In this document: piece by piece, positions 1-10,527 of the stretch | Layout of the letters: each line of letters begins with the position of its first letter | Position numbering within the stretch: the first letter of the stretch is position 1 | Source of the DNA: Candidatus Moraniibacteriota bacterium | GTDB taxonomy: Bacteria; Patescibacteriota; Minisyncoccia; Moranbacterales; UBA2206 | Direction: 5' to 3' | DNA: 64,000 nucleotides | Assembly (NCBI GenBank): GCA_049303795.1 | Contig: JBAQNM010000005.1 | Coordinates: forward strand, 286,381 to 350,380 | Position numbers and translations under genes: made by a program | The notes under the pieces: model-generated | Database searches by the model: none | What the model was told of the DNA's origin: nothing | What the model saw: only the letters and a program-made list of their open reading frames with translations

Positions 1-330
1 GCTTTTACGCGAACCATCATACATCACAGAAGTAAAGCCAATCTCTATTACACGTTGAATAATTTCAAGACTATGACCATGATCAAGATGAATACCGATT
101 GGAATCTCTGGTGCATAAAATTCCGCTTCATTTTTAATAATATTAAAGATTCCTCTTCCTCCGGCATATTCCAAAGTTCTTTCAGACACCTGGATAATGA
201 CAGGAGCGCGCAATTCCTTAGCGGCCATCACAATTGCTTGGGTTGTTTCCAAATTAACAGTATTAAAGGCTCCCACAGCATAACCGCCTTCTTTAGCTTT
301 GATTAGAATTTCTTTGACGCTAGTAATCAT
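1..330 (-). CDS. fba: Class II fructose-bisphosphate aldolase, N-terminal part (3' end runs off the window)
   Basis: Reverse-strand translation from ATG at 328-330 gives MITSVKEILIKAKEGGYAVGAFNTVNLE...IGIHLDHGHS, matching class II FBA/tagatose-bisphosphate aldolase motifs (AVGAFN, HLDHG). Not in the ORF track because there is no in-window stop. Confidence 0.7.
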   Translation of the reverse strand, partial: MITSVKEILIKAKEGGYAVGAFNTVNLETTQAIVMAAKELRAPVIIQVSERTLEYAGGRGIFNIIKNEAEFYAPEIPIGIHLDHGHSLEIIQRVIEIGFTSVMYDGSRKS

Positions 331-350
331 ACATGCAAATTATTAATTAA

Positions 351-1118
351 TTAGTTCCTTTCAATAATATCAACGATTTTCATAAAATCACTTGGAATCA
401 AGCTTTCTTTCCCAACTAAAACTCCGTCCATCCCCGGTCTCAAACAAACCTCTTCAAAATTTTCAGCCGATACTGATCCACCATAAATTATCCTCATTTT
501 TTCAAAAGTTTTAACTCCATATTTTCCAACTATAAATTTCCTAACAAGAAGCTTCGCGCTCATTATTTCATTAGCTGTAGGCAAATGATCCGGATTATTT
601 GAACTTATCGCCCAAACTGGTTCATAGCAAATAACAACATCTTTGATTTTTTCTTTATTAATATCTTTAAGACAATTTTCAAGTTGTTCCGTCACAACCC
701 CAGCCCCTTCTCTTTTCTGTTTCCCATCCTCACCAACACAAAGAATTGGTTTCAATCCATTTTTAAGCGCAGCAATTATTTTTAAATTAACGTCGCTATT
801 TTGTTCATGAGCAAATCTTCTTCTTTCACTATGACCCAAAATAACATACTCGCAACCAAAATTTTTTAGCATCAAATTTGATATCTCTCCAGTATATGAA
901 CCACGATCCTCCCAGAAAGTGTTTTGTGCTCCAAGTTTAATTTCTTTCAATACTGCTTTTTGAAAACCTTCCAGTTGAACTACAGGCGGACAAAGAATTA
1001 TTTCTGTTTGTAATAAATTTTTTCTTGCCAAAGCCTTCTTGAATGATTTCAAATAGCTTTCACGCTCCAAAGCGGAAAGCAAATTCATTTTAAGATTCGC
1101 AACAATTAATTTATTCAT
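351..1118 (-). CDS. tpiA: Triosephosphate isomerase
   Basis: Contains NLKMN, GHSERR and YEPVWAIS TIM signature motifs; 255 aa. Confidence 0.9.
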   Translation of the reverse strand: MNKLIVANLKMNLLSALERESYLKSFKKALARKNLLQTEIILCPPVVQLEGFQKAVLKEIKLGAQNTFWEDRGSYTGEISNLMLKNFGCEYVILGHSERRRFAHEQNSDVNLKIIAALKNGLKPILCVGEDGKQKREGAGVVTEQLENCLKDINKEKIKDVVICYEPVWAISSNNPDHLPTANEIMSAKLLVRKFIVGKYGVKTFEKMRIIYGGSVSAENFEEVCLRPGMDGVLVGKESLIPSDFMKIVDIIERN

Positions 1119-1122
1119 AATT

Positions 1123-1602
1123 TCAAAAATATAATGTTAGTGCCAAAACAATAAAACCCGAAACCATTGTTCCAAAAAGAAGAAGTGGGAGAGATTTTTT
1201 TGCAGGGATCCCAAAAACAAAAGCCGCTAATGCACCTGTCAAACCACCTATAAGCGGGATAGGAGTAGCCGCTAAAATAAAAATGGCCCACTCTCCATAT
1301 TTTTCCATCTTTTTATTAGCTTTTTTCCTTGTATGCTCAAAAAGCCAGTGAAAAAACTTTTCAAAAAAATAAAAATGTTTTGATAAAAATTTTGCTACCG
1401 GATCAAGAAGAAAAATAATAACTACCATAGCAAAAAAAGTTCCAGCCACTGAATAAAACCAGGCCCAAAAAGCTGAAAGTTTATACACTTTATAAGCTAA
1501 TGGTAAGGCCGCTCTAAGTTCTGTTACCGGAATTACCGCAATCAAGAAAGTAGCCAACTCCTTGGGAAAATTGCTAAATAGACTTACTATATACTCATGC
1601 AT
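1123..1602 (-). CDS. Small polytopic membrane protein, possibly COG2426 small multidrug-export-like
   Basis: 159 aa with 4 predicted TM segments and a conserved-looking PIPLIGGLTGAL motif; family assignment is tentative. Confidence 0.3.
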   Translation of the reverse strand: MHEYIVSLFSNFPKELATFLIAVIPVTELRAALPLAYKVYKLSAFWAWFYSVAGTFFAMVVIIFLLDPVAKFLSKHFYFFEKFFHWLFEHTRKKANKKMEKYGEWAIFILAATPIPLIGGLTGALAAFVFGIPAKKSLPLLLFGTMVSGFIVLALTLYF

Positions 1603-1614
1603 AAATTATTTATA

Positions 1615-2631
1615 TTATTTATCTCTTAAATATTCCGCGGCATCTTCTGGCGAAATAGTAATTATTTCAACTCCAGTTGAAATTTCAAATCCCGCCCAAA
1701 TAATTATCTTTGGCAATATTTCAATGTGCCAATGAAAATGCGGGTAATCCTTTCCATCGCAAGGCGAGGTGTGAATATAAAAATTAAAATCAGGATTATT
1801 AAGTTTTTCACTCAACCTTTTGACTGCCTCATGAAGTGCCTCTCCTGCTGAAATTTTTTCCTGCTCGCTAATTCTTTCAAAATAAGGCTTGTGTTTTTTT
1901 GGCAATAGCCACATTTCAAAATTTTCTCTTGCTGCAAAAGGACAGAAAAGCAAAAAATCATCATTTTCGAAAACTATTCTTTTCTTTTGCTCCAACTCCC
2001 ATTCAATCATTGAGCAATAAACACAATGTTTATTTTGTTTGTGATACTCTTCTGCACCGTCCAATTCACTTTTAACATAAGGCGAGATCACTGGAATAGC
2101 AACTAACTGTGAGTGTGGGTGAATTATGTGCGCTCCAGCTGTTTTTCCATGATTATGAAATATGTCAATGTAATTTACCGACTTTTTATTCATCAAATCA
2201 ATGTAGCGCGACTGATAGGCATCTATGATTTCAGCAACTGCCAATGGCTCCATTTTACCAATATGATTATAATGATCTTTTGTTACTACAACTTCATGAT
2301 AACCAACGCTATCCATCCAAAAATATGGCCCTTCCTCTTTATGGGTTATCCTTCCACCGCTTGGCCTTGAAAAAGCTGGGAATTTATTAGGAAAAACACG
2401 AAGAGACCAATCGCCATCAGCCGTATTATAGATCAAAACATCTTTTTCTTGTCCTGAGTTTTCAGGATCGCAAAACAGACACCCATCTAGATCATCTATA
2501 ATTAAATCTTCCTCTTTTTTAATAAACTCATCTGGGCGACGCGAACGGATCCTAGAAACAACCACCCAATCTCCGGTCACGAGATCTTGTCTTAATTCGC
2601 TAATTTTTTTATTTATTTTTTCTTCTTCCAC
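1615..2631 (-). CDS. galT: Galactose-1-phosphate uridylyltransferase-like HIT-family nucleotidyltransferase
   Basis: HPHSQ (HxHxQ) active-site motif, CxxC/CxxC zinc-site pairs and GalT-like two-half architecture; 338 aa. Confidence 0.55.
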   Translation of the reverse strand: MEEEKINKKISELRQDLVTGDWVVVSRIRSRRPDEFIKKEEDLIIDDLDGCLFCDPENSGQEKDVLIYNTADGDWSLRVFPNKFPAFSRPSGGRITHKEEGPYFWMDSVGYHEVVVTKDHYNHIGKMEPLAVAEIIDAYQSRYIDLMNKKSVNYIDIFHNHGKTAGAHIIHPHSQLVAIPVISPYVKSELDGAEEYHKQNKHCVYCSMIEWELEQKKRIVFENDDFLLFCPFAARENFEMWLLPKKHKPYFERISEQEKISAGEALHEAVKRLSEKLNNPDFNFYIHTSPCDGKDYPHFHWHIEILPKIIIWAGFEISTGVEIITISPEDAAEYLRDK

Positions 2632-2655
2632 TTTTTTATTTTATTTTATAAAATT

Positions 2656-3429
2656 TTATTTTTCGTTTTCAATTTCACTCATCTTCTTTTTTAGTTTATA
2701 TACACCTTTAATATTGTTCCACCAAACCTTAAATAATTCCCGAAGAGTTATAAGATAACCCTTAAACCCAACGAGGCTATATCCCATATCAATCCAAACC
2801 ACTGGAACTTCTACTATTTTATAGTTCAATTTTTTAGCTATCATTAAAATTTCGAAATCAATCCCCCAGCGGCAAACCTTAGTTCGAGGAAAAACTTCAT
2901 TAACTACGTCTTCTTTAAAAGCCTTGAAACCACACTGGGTGTCATAAATCCCTCGAAGCCCCATCATGAACTGAATCAAGAAGTTCCCAGCATCCCCCAA
3001 CAACTCTTTCCATCTCGGCTGATGCTTTTTTACATTAGAATTTTTTAAATCTCTTGAGCCAATTACGATATCCGCTTCACTGAACTTTGGAATAAAATTA
3101 TCTAGATTACTAATCGGGGTTGCCCCGTCCATATCGGTCCAAAGGCGCCACTCGCCATGTGCAGCCAAGAAACCCTTTCGAATACCATAGCCCTTACCTT
3201 TGTTTTCCTTTTCTTCTATTATCCAAAAATTTTTCTTATCTTTTATTTTTTCCTTAACCAACTCTGGCGTATTGTCAGTTGGTCCATCTAAATATATCAC
3301 CACCTCGTAACTCTTACCTATCTTCTCAAAATAGGCCTCAATAGAGTTTAAATGAGCCTCCATTTCTTTTTCCTTCACAGCCTCATTATAAGTTGGAATA
3401 ATCACTGATATAAAAGGTTTTTGCTCCAT
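2656..3429 (-). CDS. Family 2 glycosyltransferase (dolichol-phosphate mannose/glucose synthase-like)
   Basis: N-terminal ISVIIPTYNE GT2 motif with DxD-type region TDMDG. Confidence 0.6.
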   Translation of the reverse strand: MEQKPFISVIIPTYNEAVKEKEMEAHLNSIEAYFEKIGKSYEVVIYLDGPTDNTPELVKEKIKDKKNFWIIEEKENKGKGYGIRKGFLAAHGEWRLWTDMDGATPISNLDNFIPKFSEADIVIGSRDLKNSNVKKHQPRWKELLGDAGNFLIQFMMGLRGIYDTQCGFKAFKEDVVNEVFPRTKVCRWGIDFEILMIAKKLNYKIVEVPVVWIDMGYSLVGFKGYLITLRELFKVWWNNIKGVYKLKKKMSEIENEK

Positions 3430-3506
3430 CGCTTTATTAAAATTAATATTTATTTACTTCCCTAATATTGTAGCATAAAAACCATAAAACCAAAATACTG
3501 CAGAAA

Positions 3507-4211
3507 TTATCCCAACCAACTCTTACGCTCTCTTTCTTCAAACTTTTCAATTGCATAACGCAAAGTTGTTCGTGGCATTTGTTTTGAATATTTCTTTAGA
3601 AAAACAATTTCTTTTTCCTTATCACGTTTACCAATTTCTCTTAGCATCCAACCAACTGCTTTATGAATCAAATCATGTCTATCAAAAAGTAAAATTTCAG
3701 CAATCTTTAGGGTATCAACAAATTCGTTTTTTCTGATAAAGCCGAAAGTAGAAAGTATTGCAATTCGTTTTTTCCATAAATTTTTAGAATAGGCCAATTC
3801 ATAGAGAACTTCCTTATTTTTATCAAAAAAATAATCACCTAGAATCTGCGGCGCGGAAAGATCCACTAGATCCCAATTGTTGATACCTTTTAAATTTTTT
3901 AGATAAAATTTGGCGATAACTTCTTTATCAGGCTCTGTTTTAGCTTTTTGATATTTCAAAACCAAAATAGCAATAGCTGAAAAACGCAATTCATGTGTCG
4001 GTTGAGATAATAAATATTTCAAATCAGAAAAACTAATTTCTGAAAAATATTTACGTGCAACAGATCTAATGTCTGGAACGACAATACCCCAAAAAATATC
4101 ACCCTCTCCATATTCACCTTTTCCCGTCTTAAAAAAACGCTCCAAAACACTTGCCTTTGCAGGATTTTTCAAACTCCCCAAGTCAGTTAGGAGATTTTTT
4201 AATGCAGCCAT
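3507..4211 (-). CDS. DNA alkylation repair protein (AlkD/AlkC-like HEAT-repeat glycosylase)
   Basis: HEAT-like repeats with W/D-rich motifs (NNWDLVD, VGWMLREIG) typical of the AlkD family; 234 aa. Confidence 0.5.
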   Translation of the reverse strand: MAALKNLLTDLGSLKNPAKASVLERFFKTGKGEYGEGDIFWGIVVPDIRSVARKYFSEISFSDLKYLLSQPTHELRFSAIAILVLKYQKAKTEPDKEVIAKFYLKNLKGINNWDLVDLSAPQILGDYFFDKNKEVLYELAYSKNLWKKRIAILSTFGFIRKNEFVDTLKIAEILLFDRHDLIHKAVGWMLREIGKRDKEKEIVFLKKYSKQMPRTTLRYAIEKFEERERKSWLG

Positions 4212-4283
4212 TTTTTTATTTCATTTTCATAAAAAGTTCAGAAATAACTGGTTGGAATTATAAAATATAACCAGAAACAAGAA

Positions 4284-5864
4284 TTACATTTTATCTGGCG
4301 CTTCGACGCCTAAGAGCCTCAAGCTTTCTGCTAGAACAATTTTGGTTGCGCCAATCAATTCTCGACGAGCTGCTGCCAGAGATCCTTCCTCATCTAGAAT
4401 TCGACAAGCATGATAAAAACTATGAAATCTATCTGCTAGTTTAATCGTATAATGCGTAAGTTTGTGCACCTCATAGTCTTTGGCAATCTCAGCAATTAAA
4501 TCTGGAAAGCGCATTAAATGACGCATTAATTCAATCTCTTTTTCATGGATAATTTTCTCAAAATCAGCTTTTCCTTGGCCCTCTTTTTCTGTTTTGGCTA
4601 ATATTCCACAAATTCGTGCATGAGCATATTTAATATAAAAAATTGGATTTTTATTAGATTTTTCTTTAGCCAAATCAATATCAAAAATCATTGGGGAATC
4701 AGCGCTATAGGCTAAAAAAATAAACCTCACGGCATCACGGCCAACTTCATCAATCAAATCTTCTAAACAAATATATTGACCTCTACGTTTAGACATTTTA
4801 AACTCCTCGCCATTCTTAATCACAGTCAAATTTTGAGTAATAAGCATTTGAACTTTATTAGAAAATCCTAAAGCTTCCATCGCACCTTTAACGCGACTAA
4901 CATCACCATGATGATCAGCTCCCCAAATGTCAACGGATAAATCAAACTTTCTTGTTTCTAGTTTATTAAAATGATATGTAATATCACCACCAAAATAAGT
5001 AACTTCTCCAGTTGTTTTTCTAATTACGCGATCCTTATCATCGCCAAATTGTGAAGCACGAAACCAAATAGCACCATCTTTTTCATAGGATAAGTCCTTT
5101 TCTTTTAGTAAAGCAAAGATTTTTTCAACTTCACCATTTTCATGCAAAGAACTCTCAAGAAAATATTGATCAAAACTAATACCAAGACTTTCCATCGCTG
5201 GAGTTATCATTGTTTTAACAATTATTTTTGTCGCTTCCCTGCCAACTAAGAATGGATCGGTTTGGGTATTTTTCCTAGCCAATTCATCAATATATTCACC
5301 CTTATATTGAGCCTCTGAATCTTTCAAAATTGAATGTCCTAAAACCTTAACTTGGTTGCCAAAATCATTAACATAAAATTCACGCCATACGGAAAAACCG
5401 CTTTTTTGGAATATATTCGCTAGCGTGTCTCCGAGCGGACCACCACGTCCATTGCCCAAATGAATTGGTCCGGTTGGATTGGCACTCACAAAATCCAAAT
5501 GGATTTTACGGTTCTTCCCTAAATCCAAATCCCCATAATGCGCTCCGGTTAATTTTATTTTTTGAATTTCATTACCAAAAGATTTCCAAGAAAGATAAAA
5601 ATTTAAAAAGCCGGCCCCAGCAACTTCGATTTTAGCAAAAATATTCTCCGATGTGTTGTCTTTATCTAATTCGTCTTTCAATTTTTGTGCGATTTCGTGT
5701 GGATTTTTTTGAACATTTTTTGCCATTTTTAGAGCAAGATTGGTTGAATAATCACCAAACTCTTCTGGTGGATAAATAATTTCAAGTTCTTCTTCGGTAA
5801 GAGAAGTATCCGGATAAAGCCGATTAAAAACCTCTGTTAATTTTCTGGTAATTATTTCTTTCAT
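4284..5864 (-). CDS. argS: Arginine--tRNA ligase
   Basis: Class I aaRS with PIHLGNGRG (HIGH-like), KMSKRRG-like motif and C-terminal DALR anticodon-binding region. Confidence 0.85.
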   Translation of the reverse strand: MKEIITRKLTEVFNRLYPDTSLTEEELEIIYPPEEFGDYSTNLALKMAKNVQKNPHEIAQKLKDELDKDNTSENIFAKIEVAGAGFLNFYLSWKSFGNEIQKIKLTGAHYGDLDLGKNRKIHLDFVSANPTGPIHLGNGRGGPLGDTLANIFQKSGFSVWREFYVNDFGNQVKVLGHSILKDSEAQYKGEYIDELARKNTQTDPFLVGREATKIIVKTMITPAMESLGISFDQYFLESSLHENGEVEKIFALLKEKDLSYEKDGAIWFRASQFGDDKDRVIRKTTGEVTYFGGDITYHFNKLETRKFDLSVDIWGADHHGDVSRVKGAMEALGFSNKVQMLITQNLTVIKNGEEFKMSKRRGQYICLEDLIDEVGRDAVRFIFLAYSADSPMIFDIDLAKEKSNKNPIFYIKYAHARICGILAKTEKEGQGKADFEKIIHEKEIELMRHLMRFPDLIAEIAKDYEVHKLTHYTIKLADRFHSFYHACRILDEEGSLAAARRELIGATKIVLAESLRLLGVEAPDKM

Positions 5865-5880
5865 ATGTAAATATTGTATT

Positions 5881-6300
5881 CTATAAAGCTTTTTTTTGCA
5901 AAAAACTATCTAAAATTATCCTAGCAGATTCTTCATGATCAAACTGACTAATATTTTTCATCCCTTTTTCCTTTAAATTTTCACGAGCAATTTTTGTTGA
6001 ATATATTTCGTCTTGATATTCCACTAAAGCTTTTCCGGATTTAATAATCTCATCGCCCAATTCTTGACTGACATATTCGTTTTTTTTGTCTTTTAATCTT
6101 TTTGGGATGCCAATCACTACAGTTTTAATTTTTTCCTTCTTAATGATATCTAAAATGTCATGCAATAAATCTTTATCGTTCGAGAGTGTGCCATAAGAAA
6201 AAGCCATACGCGTTTCGCTATCCGCAATCGCTAGGCCAATTTTCGCATCGCCATAATCAATACCTAGGATATATTCTGTTTTATTTATATTGTCTTGCAT
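5881..6300 (-). CDS. ruvX: Pre-16S rRNA nuclease / Holliday-junction resolvase-like YqgF
   Basis: N-terminal ILGIDYGDAKIGLAIAD RNase H-fold motif; 139 aa. Confidence 0.7.
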   Translation of the reverse strand: MQDNINKTEYILGIDYGDAKIGLAIADSETRMAFSYGTLSNDKDLLHDILDIIKKEKIKTVVIGIPKRLKDKKNEYVSQELGDEIIKSGKALVEYQDEIYSTKIARENLKEKGMKNISQFDHEESARIILDSFLQKKAL

Positions 6301-6308
6301 TAATAAAA

Positions 6309-7070
6309 TTATAGCCTGGTTAAAATTTTCACTCCGTCTTTTGTTATTGCAACTGTATCCTCAAAATGTGCGCTTAATTTTCCATCTTTTGTTGCATATG
6401 TCCATCCATCTTTAAGTAATTTTATATAGTGCGTTCCAGCATTAATCATTGGCTCAAGTGCCAGCGTCATACCTTCTTTGAAAATGATATCACGTGTTTT
6501 TGCATAGTAATTTGGAATATAAGGATCCTCATGCAATTTTTTTCCCACACCATGTCCAACTAAATCGCGCACGATAGAAAAACCTTGTGATTTAACATAT
6601 TTTTCTACTGCCTTGCTATAATCACTTAATTTTGCTCCGATTTTAATAGCATCAATCCCTTCATCAAGACACATTCGAGTTGTATCCATTAATTTTTGCG
6701 CTTCATCAGAAATACTTCCTGCTGAAAAAGTTCGGGCCATATCAGTAATCATACCTTTATATGACATACCAATATCTAGTTTTACTAAATCGCCTTCTCG
6801 AATGATTCGATCTTTTCGTGGAACACCATGCACAATTTCATTATTAATTGAGGTGCAAACTGCAGCTGGAAAAGGATTTATTTTATCACCATAGCCCTCA
6901 AAAATTGGTGTACCGCCACTTGCCAATATAAGCTTCTTGGCTAATTCATTTATTTCAAAAGTATTATTTCCAGGCAAAACAATCTCGCCCATTTGCCTCA
7001 TAACTTCAGCAAGGATTCTGCCCCCTTCTTGCATTGTTTCTATTTCCTCTTGTGTTTTAATGATAATCAT
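6309..7070 (-). CDS. map: Methionine aminopeptidase type I
   Basis: Pita-bread fold metal ligands (D..D, HGVG, E..E); 253 aa. Confidence 0.9.
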   Translation of the reverse strand: MIIIKTQEEIETMQEGGRILAEVMRQMGEIVLPGNNTFEINELAKKLILASGGTPIFEGYGDKINPFPAAVCTSINNEIVHGVPRKDRIIREGDLVKLDIGMSYKGMITDMARTFSAGSISDEAQKLMDTTRMCLDEGIDAIKIGAKLSDYSKAVEKYVKSQGFSIVRDLVGHGVGKKLHEDPYIPNYYAKTRDIIFKEGMTLALEPMINAGTHYIKLLKDGWTYATKDGKLSAHFEDTVAITKDGVKILTRL

Positions 7071-7075
7071 AAAAA

Positions 7076-7714
7076 CTAAAGTGTTATTTTTTCTAAAATT
7101 TCTGCAAATACTTTTTCAACTTTTTGTTCACCATTTATTTTCAAGACTAAACCTTCTTTCTCAAAAAATTCAATTACCGGCAACGTCTCGCCCCTAAAAA
7201 CTTGTAATCTTTTTTCGACACCCGTTCTTGTATCATCAGCTCTTTGGGTCAATTTACCTGAACATTTAGGACAAATAGGTGCTTCTCTTTCTTTCAAAGC
7301 AACAGCTTCCTTGCAATCTTCGCAAGCAAAACGCCTACTAATTCTTTCAATAGATTCTTCTCTAGAGATATCAACAAAAATCACCTTATCTATCTTTCTA
7401 CCAAATTCTCTAAGCGCCTCTCTGAAATAGAGTGCTTGCTCAAGATTTCTCGGAATGCCATCAAAAACTATTCCTTGCTCTCTTGGCAAATCATTTAATC
7501 TGAATTGCAAAACTTCTTTGAGAATCCTGCTCGGAACCAACTCCTTTTTTACGATAACGATATCATAAACTTCTTTTCCAAGCGGAGTATCAAGAAGAGA
7601 AACTTGACGCAAAGCCTTTCCCGTATCGAAATGGTCTAAATTATATTTTTCTGCCAAAAGCTTGGCTTGAGTTCCTTTGCCTGATCCTTGCGGACCCAAT
7701 ACGATTAAATTCAT
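7076..7714 (-). CDS. adk: Adenylate kinase (zinc-lid type)
   Basis: GPQGSGKGTQA P-loop and CxxC...CxxC lid; 212 aa. Confidence 0.9.
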   Translation of the reverse strand: MNLIVLGPQGSGKGTQAKLLAEKYNLDHFDTGKALRQVSLLDTPLGKEVYDIVIVKKELVPSRILKEVLQFRLNDLPREQGIVFDGIPRNLEQALYFREALREFGRKIDKVIFVDISREESIERISRRFACEDCKEAVALKEREAPICPKCSGKLTQRADDTRTGVEKRLQVFRGETLPVIEFFEKEGLVLKINGEQKVEKVFAEILEKITL

Positions 7715-7736
7715 AATTACATTTTTTATTTAATAA

Positions 7737-7761
7737 AAGCCTGAGTTAATTTCAGGCCATT
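7737..7761 (-). terminator. Possible attenuator/terminator hairpin between secY and adk
   Basis: gcctga-gttaatt-tcaggc stem; on the minus strand it is followed by ttttatt. Confidence 0.3.
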
Positions 7762-7809
7762 GATATCATTAGTAAATTTTTAAAGTTATGAGCAGATACG
7801 AAATCAACC

Positions 7810-9084
7810 TTAAAATCCTTCATAATCTCGCATTGCAAGTTGTCCCTGAATCTGTTTGATCGTCTCGATTACAACAGAAACAACGATAAGCAACCCGGTC
7901 CCACCAATTGAAATTGATGCTATATTCGTGAAACTTTGAACAAAGAAAGGTAAGATTGCAATTAATCCTAAAAACATAGCCCCGGAAAGAGTAATCCTGT
8001 TCATGATGCGATACAAATAATCAGCTGTATTTTTACCAGGACGAATGCCTAAAATATATCCCCCCTGTTTTTGTAAACTTTCAGAAATTTTATTCGGATC
8101 AAAAACAACAGCTGTATAAAAATAAGTAAAAGCCACCACTAAAACAAAATACATAAACCAATAAAACCAATTATCAGGAGAAAAAATTATACTGGCTTTG
8201 GTAGCGATGCTAGCAACCATCCCGTGAGAGCTTTTGGTCAGAAAATTAGCAATCATTCCAGGAAATAGCATAATAGAAAGTGCAAATATAATTGGGATGA
8301 CTCCGGCTTGATTTATGCGCAATGGTAAGTGAGTAGAACTTCCTCCGTACATCTTATTACCCTTAATTCTTTTTGCATATGAAACTGGAATATTACGTTG
8401 GCCTTCCGTCATAAACACAACTGCCGAAATTGCCAAAACCAGCACGATACCCAAAATTATATAAGTAAAAGTTTGTGATGAATCCGCTGTAGCATACAAC
8501 TTTGCAATCGAGGAAGGAAGTCCGGAAACAATACCAGCGAAAATAATTAGCGAAACACCATTTCCTATACCTTTCTCTGTAATCATCTCGCCAAGCCACA
8601 TTAAAAAAATTGTACCAGCCGTAGCAATCACCATCATAGAAAAAATACTAGTAGCATCGCTTGCGGCGATAATGCCTTGAGAGCGAAAAAGAGCGATCAT
8701 GCCAAAAGTTTGCATCGCTGCGAGAGGCACGGTAGCAAAACGTGTCCATTGATTAAATTTTTGTCTGCCAACTTCACCCTCCTCCTTATAAATCTGTTCC
8801 AATTTTGGTACGATCATGGTTAAAAGCTGCATAATAATCGATGCAGTAATATATGGACCGACTCCAAGCATTACCAATGAAATGCTAGAAAGTCCATTGC
8901 CAGAAAACAAATCAAGAAGACCAAAAAGTTGATTATTTTCAAAAAAAGCTTTCAATCTATCTTGATCGACACCCGGGATAGGAATATTCGCAGCCAAACG
9001 AAAAACAATCAAAAGAGCCAAGATAAAAAATATTTTATTTCGGAGCTCTTTGATACGAAAAATTTGTGTAATTTTTTCTAGCAT
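7810..9084 (-). CDS. secY: Preprotein translocase subunit SecY
   Basis: 10-TM protein with conserved SecY plug and hinge regions; sits at the usual position after rplO. Confidence 0.9.
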   Translation of the reverse strand: MLEKITQIFRIKELRNKIFFILALLIVFRLAANIPIPGVDQDRLKAFFENNQLFGLLDLFSGNGLSSISLVMLGVGPYITASIIMQLLTMIVPKLEQIYKEEGEVGRQKFNQWTRFATVPLAAMQTFGMIALFRSQGIIAASDATSIFSMMVIATAGTIFLMWLGEMITEKGIGNGVSLIIFAGIVSGLPSSIAKLYATADSSQTFTYIILGIVLVLAISAVVFMTEGQRNIPVSYAKRIKGNKMYGGSSTHLPLRINQAGVIPIIFALSIMLFPGMIANFLTKSSHGMVASIATKASIIFSPDNWFYWFMYFVLVVAFTYFYTAVVFDPNKISESLQKQGGYILGIRPGKNTADYLYRIMNRITLSGAMFLGLIAILPFFVQSFTNIASISIGGTGLLIVVSVVIETIKQIQGQLAMRDYEGF

Positions 9085-9162
9085 AGTTTATCTAGAATAT
9101 AAAGAATGAACTTATTTTTAACAAAAAATGAAAATAGTTAAAAAAGAAAACGACTAAAAAAA

Positions 9163-9615
9163 TTATTTCTTTTCAACTTCTTTCACTTCTCCACCTGCTG
9201 CAATAATAGCCTTTTTTACTGATTCACTCAAGAAAATTTCTTTTTCTATTACAAATTTTTTAGTAACTTTAGAATTTCCCAGAACCTTAATTCCTAAAAC
9301 CAAATTTTTTCTTGCCACTAATTTTGCCTTAATTAAAGTTTCCGGACTAATAATATCACCATTTTTAAAAGTTTTTTCCAACACTTCCAATTGAATAACA
9401 TTTCTTTTTGGTTTAAAAGAAGTAAACCCACGTTTTTTCTTCATGTGATCAATCAGGGTAGATCTTCCACCTTCAAATAATGGATCAACATGGGCGCCAC
9501 TTCTTGCTTTCTGTCCCTTGTTACCTTTTCCGGAATAAGTACCTTTCTTTCCACCACGACCAATTATTTTTTTCTTCTTTCTTTTTTGGCTTAATTGTAT
9601 ATCATTTATCTGCAT
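9163..9615 (-). CDS. rplO: 50S ribosomal protein L15
   Basis: Gly/Lys-rich N-terminus GRGGKKGTYSGKGNKG typical of uL15. Confidence 0.85.
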   Translation of the reverse strand: MQINDIQLSQKRKKKKIIGRGGKKGTYSGKGNKGQKARSGAHVDPLFEGGRSTLIDHMKKKRGFTSFKPKRNVIQLEVLEKTFKNGDIISPETLIKAKLVARKNLVLGIKVLGNSKVTKKFVIEKEIFLSESVKKAIIAAGGEVKEVEKK

Positions 9616-9645
9616 AAAATTTGCGAAATTAATTACATAAAAAAT

Positions 9646-10146
9646 TTAGTTCACTTTAGCCAAGCGCTCTTTTCTCGTCTTTGAAAGACTAAGCGTGCCA
9701 AGTGCCTCTACTGTTGCCCTTGCTACATTTAGCTTATTAGCTGTTCCTAATGATTTAGAAACAATATCTCTAATTCCAGCAAAATCAACCACGGCTCTCA
9801 CAGCTCCTCCCGCCACAATACTGCGTCCCTCCTGAGCTGGTTTTAATATTATTTTTGCACTTCCCTTTTTATATTCAATTGCATGTGCGATTGTATTATT
9901 TTTAATTGGAACGACAATCATGTTTTTCTTGGCATCATCAAAAGCTTTTTTAATTGCATCGGTCACGTCTGATCCTTTTCCAACTCCAACACCAACCTTT
10001 CCTTTGCGATTCCCAATCACCAAGGTTGCTCTAAATCTAAAGCGTCTGCCACCCTTAACCACACGGGTAACCCGCGCTAAATCTAGAAGTTTTTGTTCAA
10101 ACTCAGGCTTTTCTTTTTTTGCTCGAAATCTTTTGTCTTTTCCCAT
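9646..10146 (-). CDS. rpsE: 30S ribosomal protein S5
   Basis: uS5 dsRBD and C-terminal domain; followed directly by L15 with no L30 gene between. Confidence 0.9.
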   Translation of the reverse strand: MGKDKRFRAKKEKPEFEQKLLDLARVTRVVKGGRRFRFRATLVIGNRKGKVGVGVGKGSDVTDAIKKAFDDAKKNMIVVPIKNNTIAHAIEYKKGSAKIILKPAQEGRSIVAGGAVRAVVDFAGIRDIVSKSLGTANKLNVARATVEALGTLSLSKTRKERLAKVN

Positions 10147-10160
10147 AACGCTTACTTAAT

Positions 10161-10508
10161 TTAAAATTTAAGGCCTCCCTCTCTGGCGCCTTCCGCCAAA
10201 GCTTTCACTTTTCCATGATAACGATAACCGGATCTATCAAAAACAACGCTGTTTATTTTTTTCTCTATACATAAATTTGCAATCATTTTTCCAATTTCTT
10301 TAGCTCCAGCAACATCATTTTTTACACCAGCCATTTTAGTATCGACAAAAACCAATGTCATCCCAACAGTGTCATCAATAACTTGAGCTCTTACAGTTTT
10401 CAAACTACGAAAGACACAAAGTCTTGGCGACGTTGCCGTTCCAGAAACTTTTGCTCTAACTCTTCTTTTTCGATGTAATCTTAAATTGTTCCTTCTAATT
10501 TTATTCAT
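10161..10508 (-). CDS. rplR: 50S ribosomal protein L18
   Basis: uL18 signature and conserved position between L6 and S5. Confidence 0.85.
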   Translation of the reverse strand: MNKIRRNNLRLHRKRRVRAKVSGTATSPRLCVFRSLKTVRAQVIDDTVGMTLVFVDTKMAGVKNDVAGAKEIGKMIANLCIEKKINSVVFDRSGYRYHGKVKALAEGAREGGLKF

Positions 10509-10527
10509 CTTCTTTAAATATATTTAC

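Noticed and set aside
55-306. 83-aa plus-strand ORF at the window start
   Set aside because: It lies entirely antisense to the well-supported class II aldolase reading frame (minus strand, ATG at 328-330).
2113-2370. 85-aa plus ORF inside galT-like gene
   Set aside because: It is antisense to a conserved HIT-family enzyme ORF and has no independent signals.
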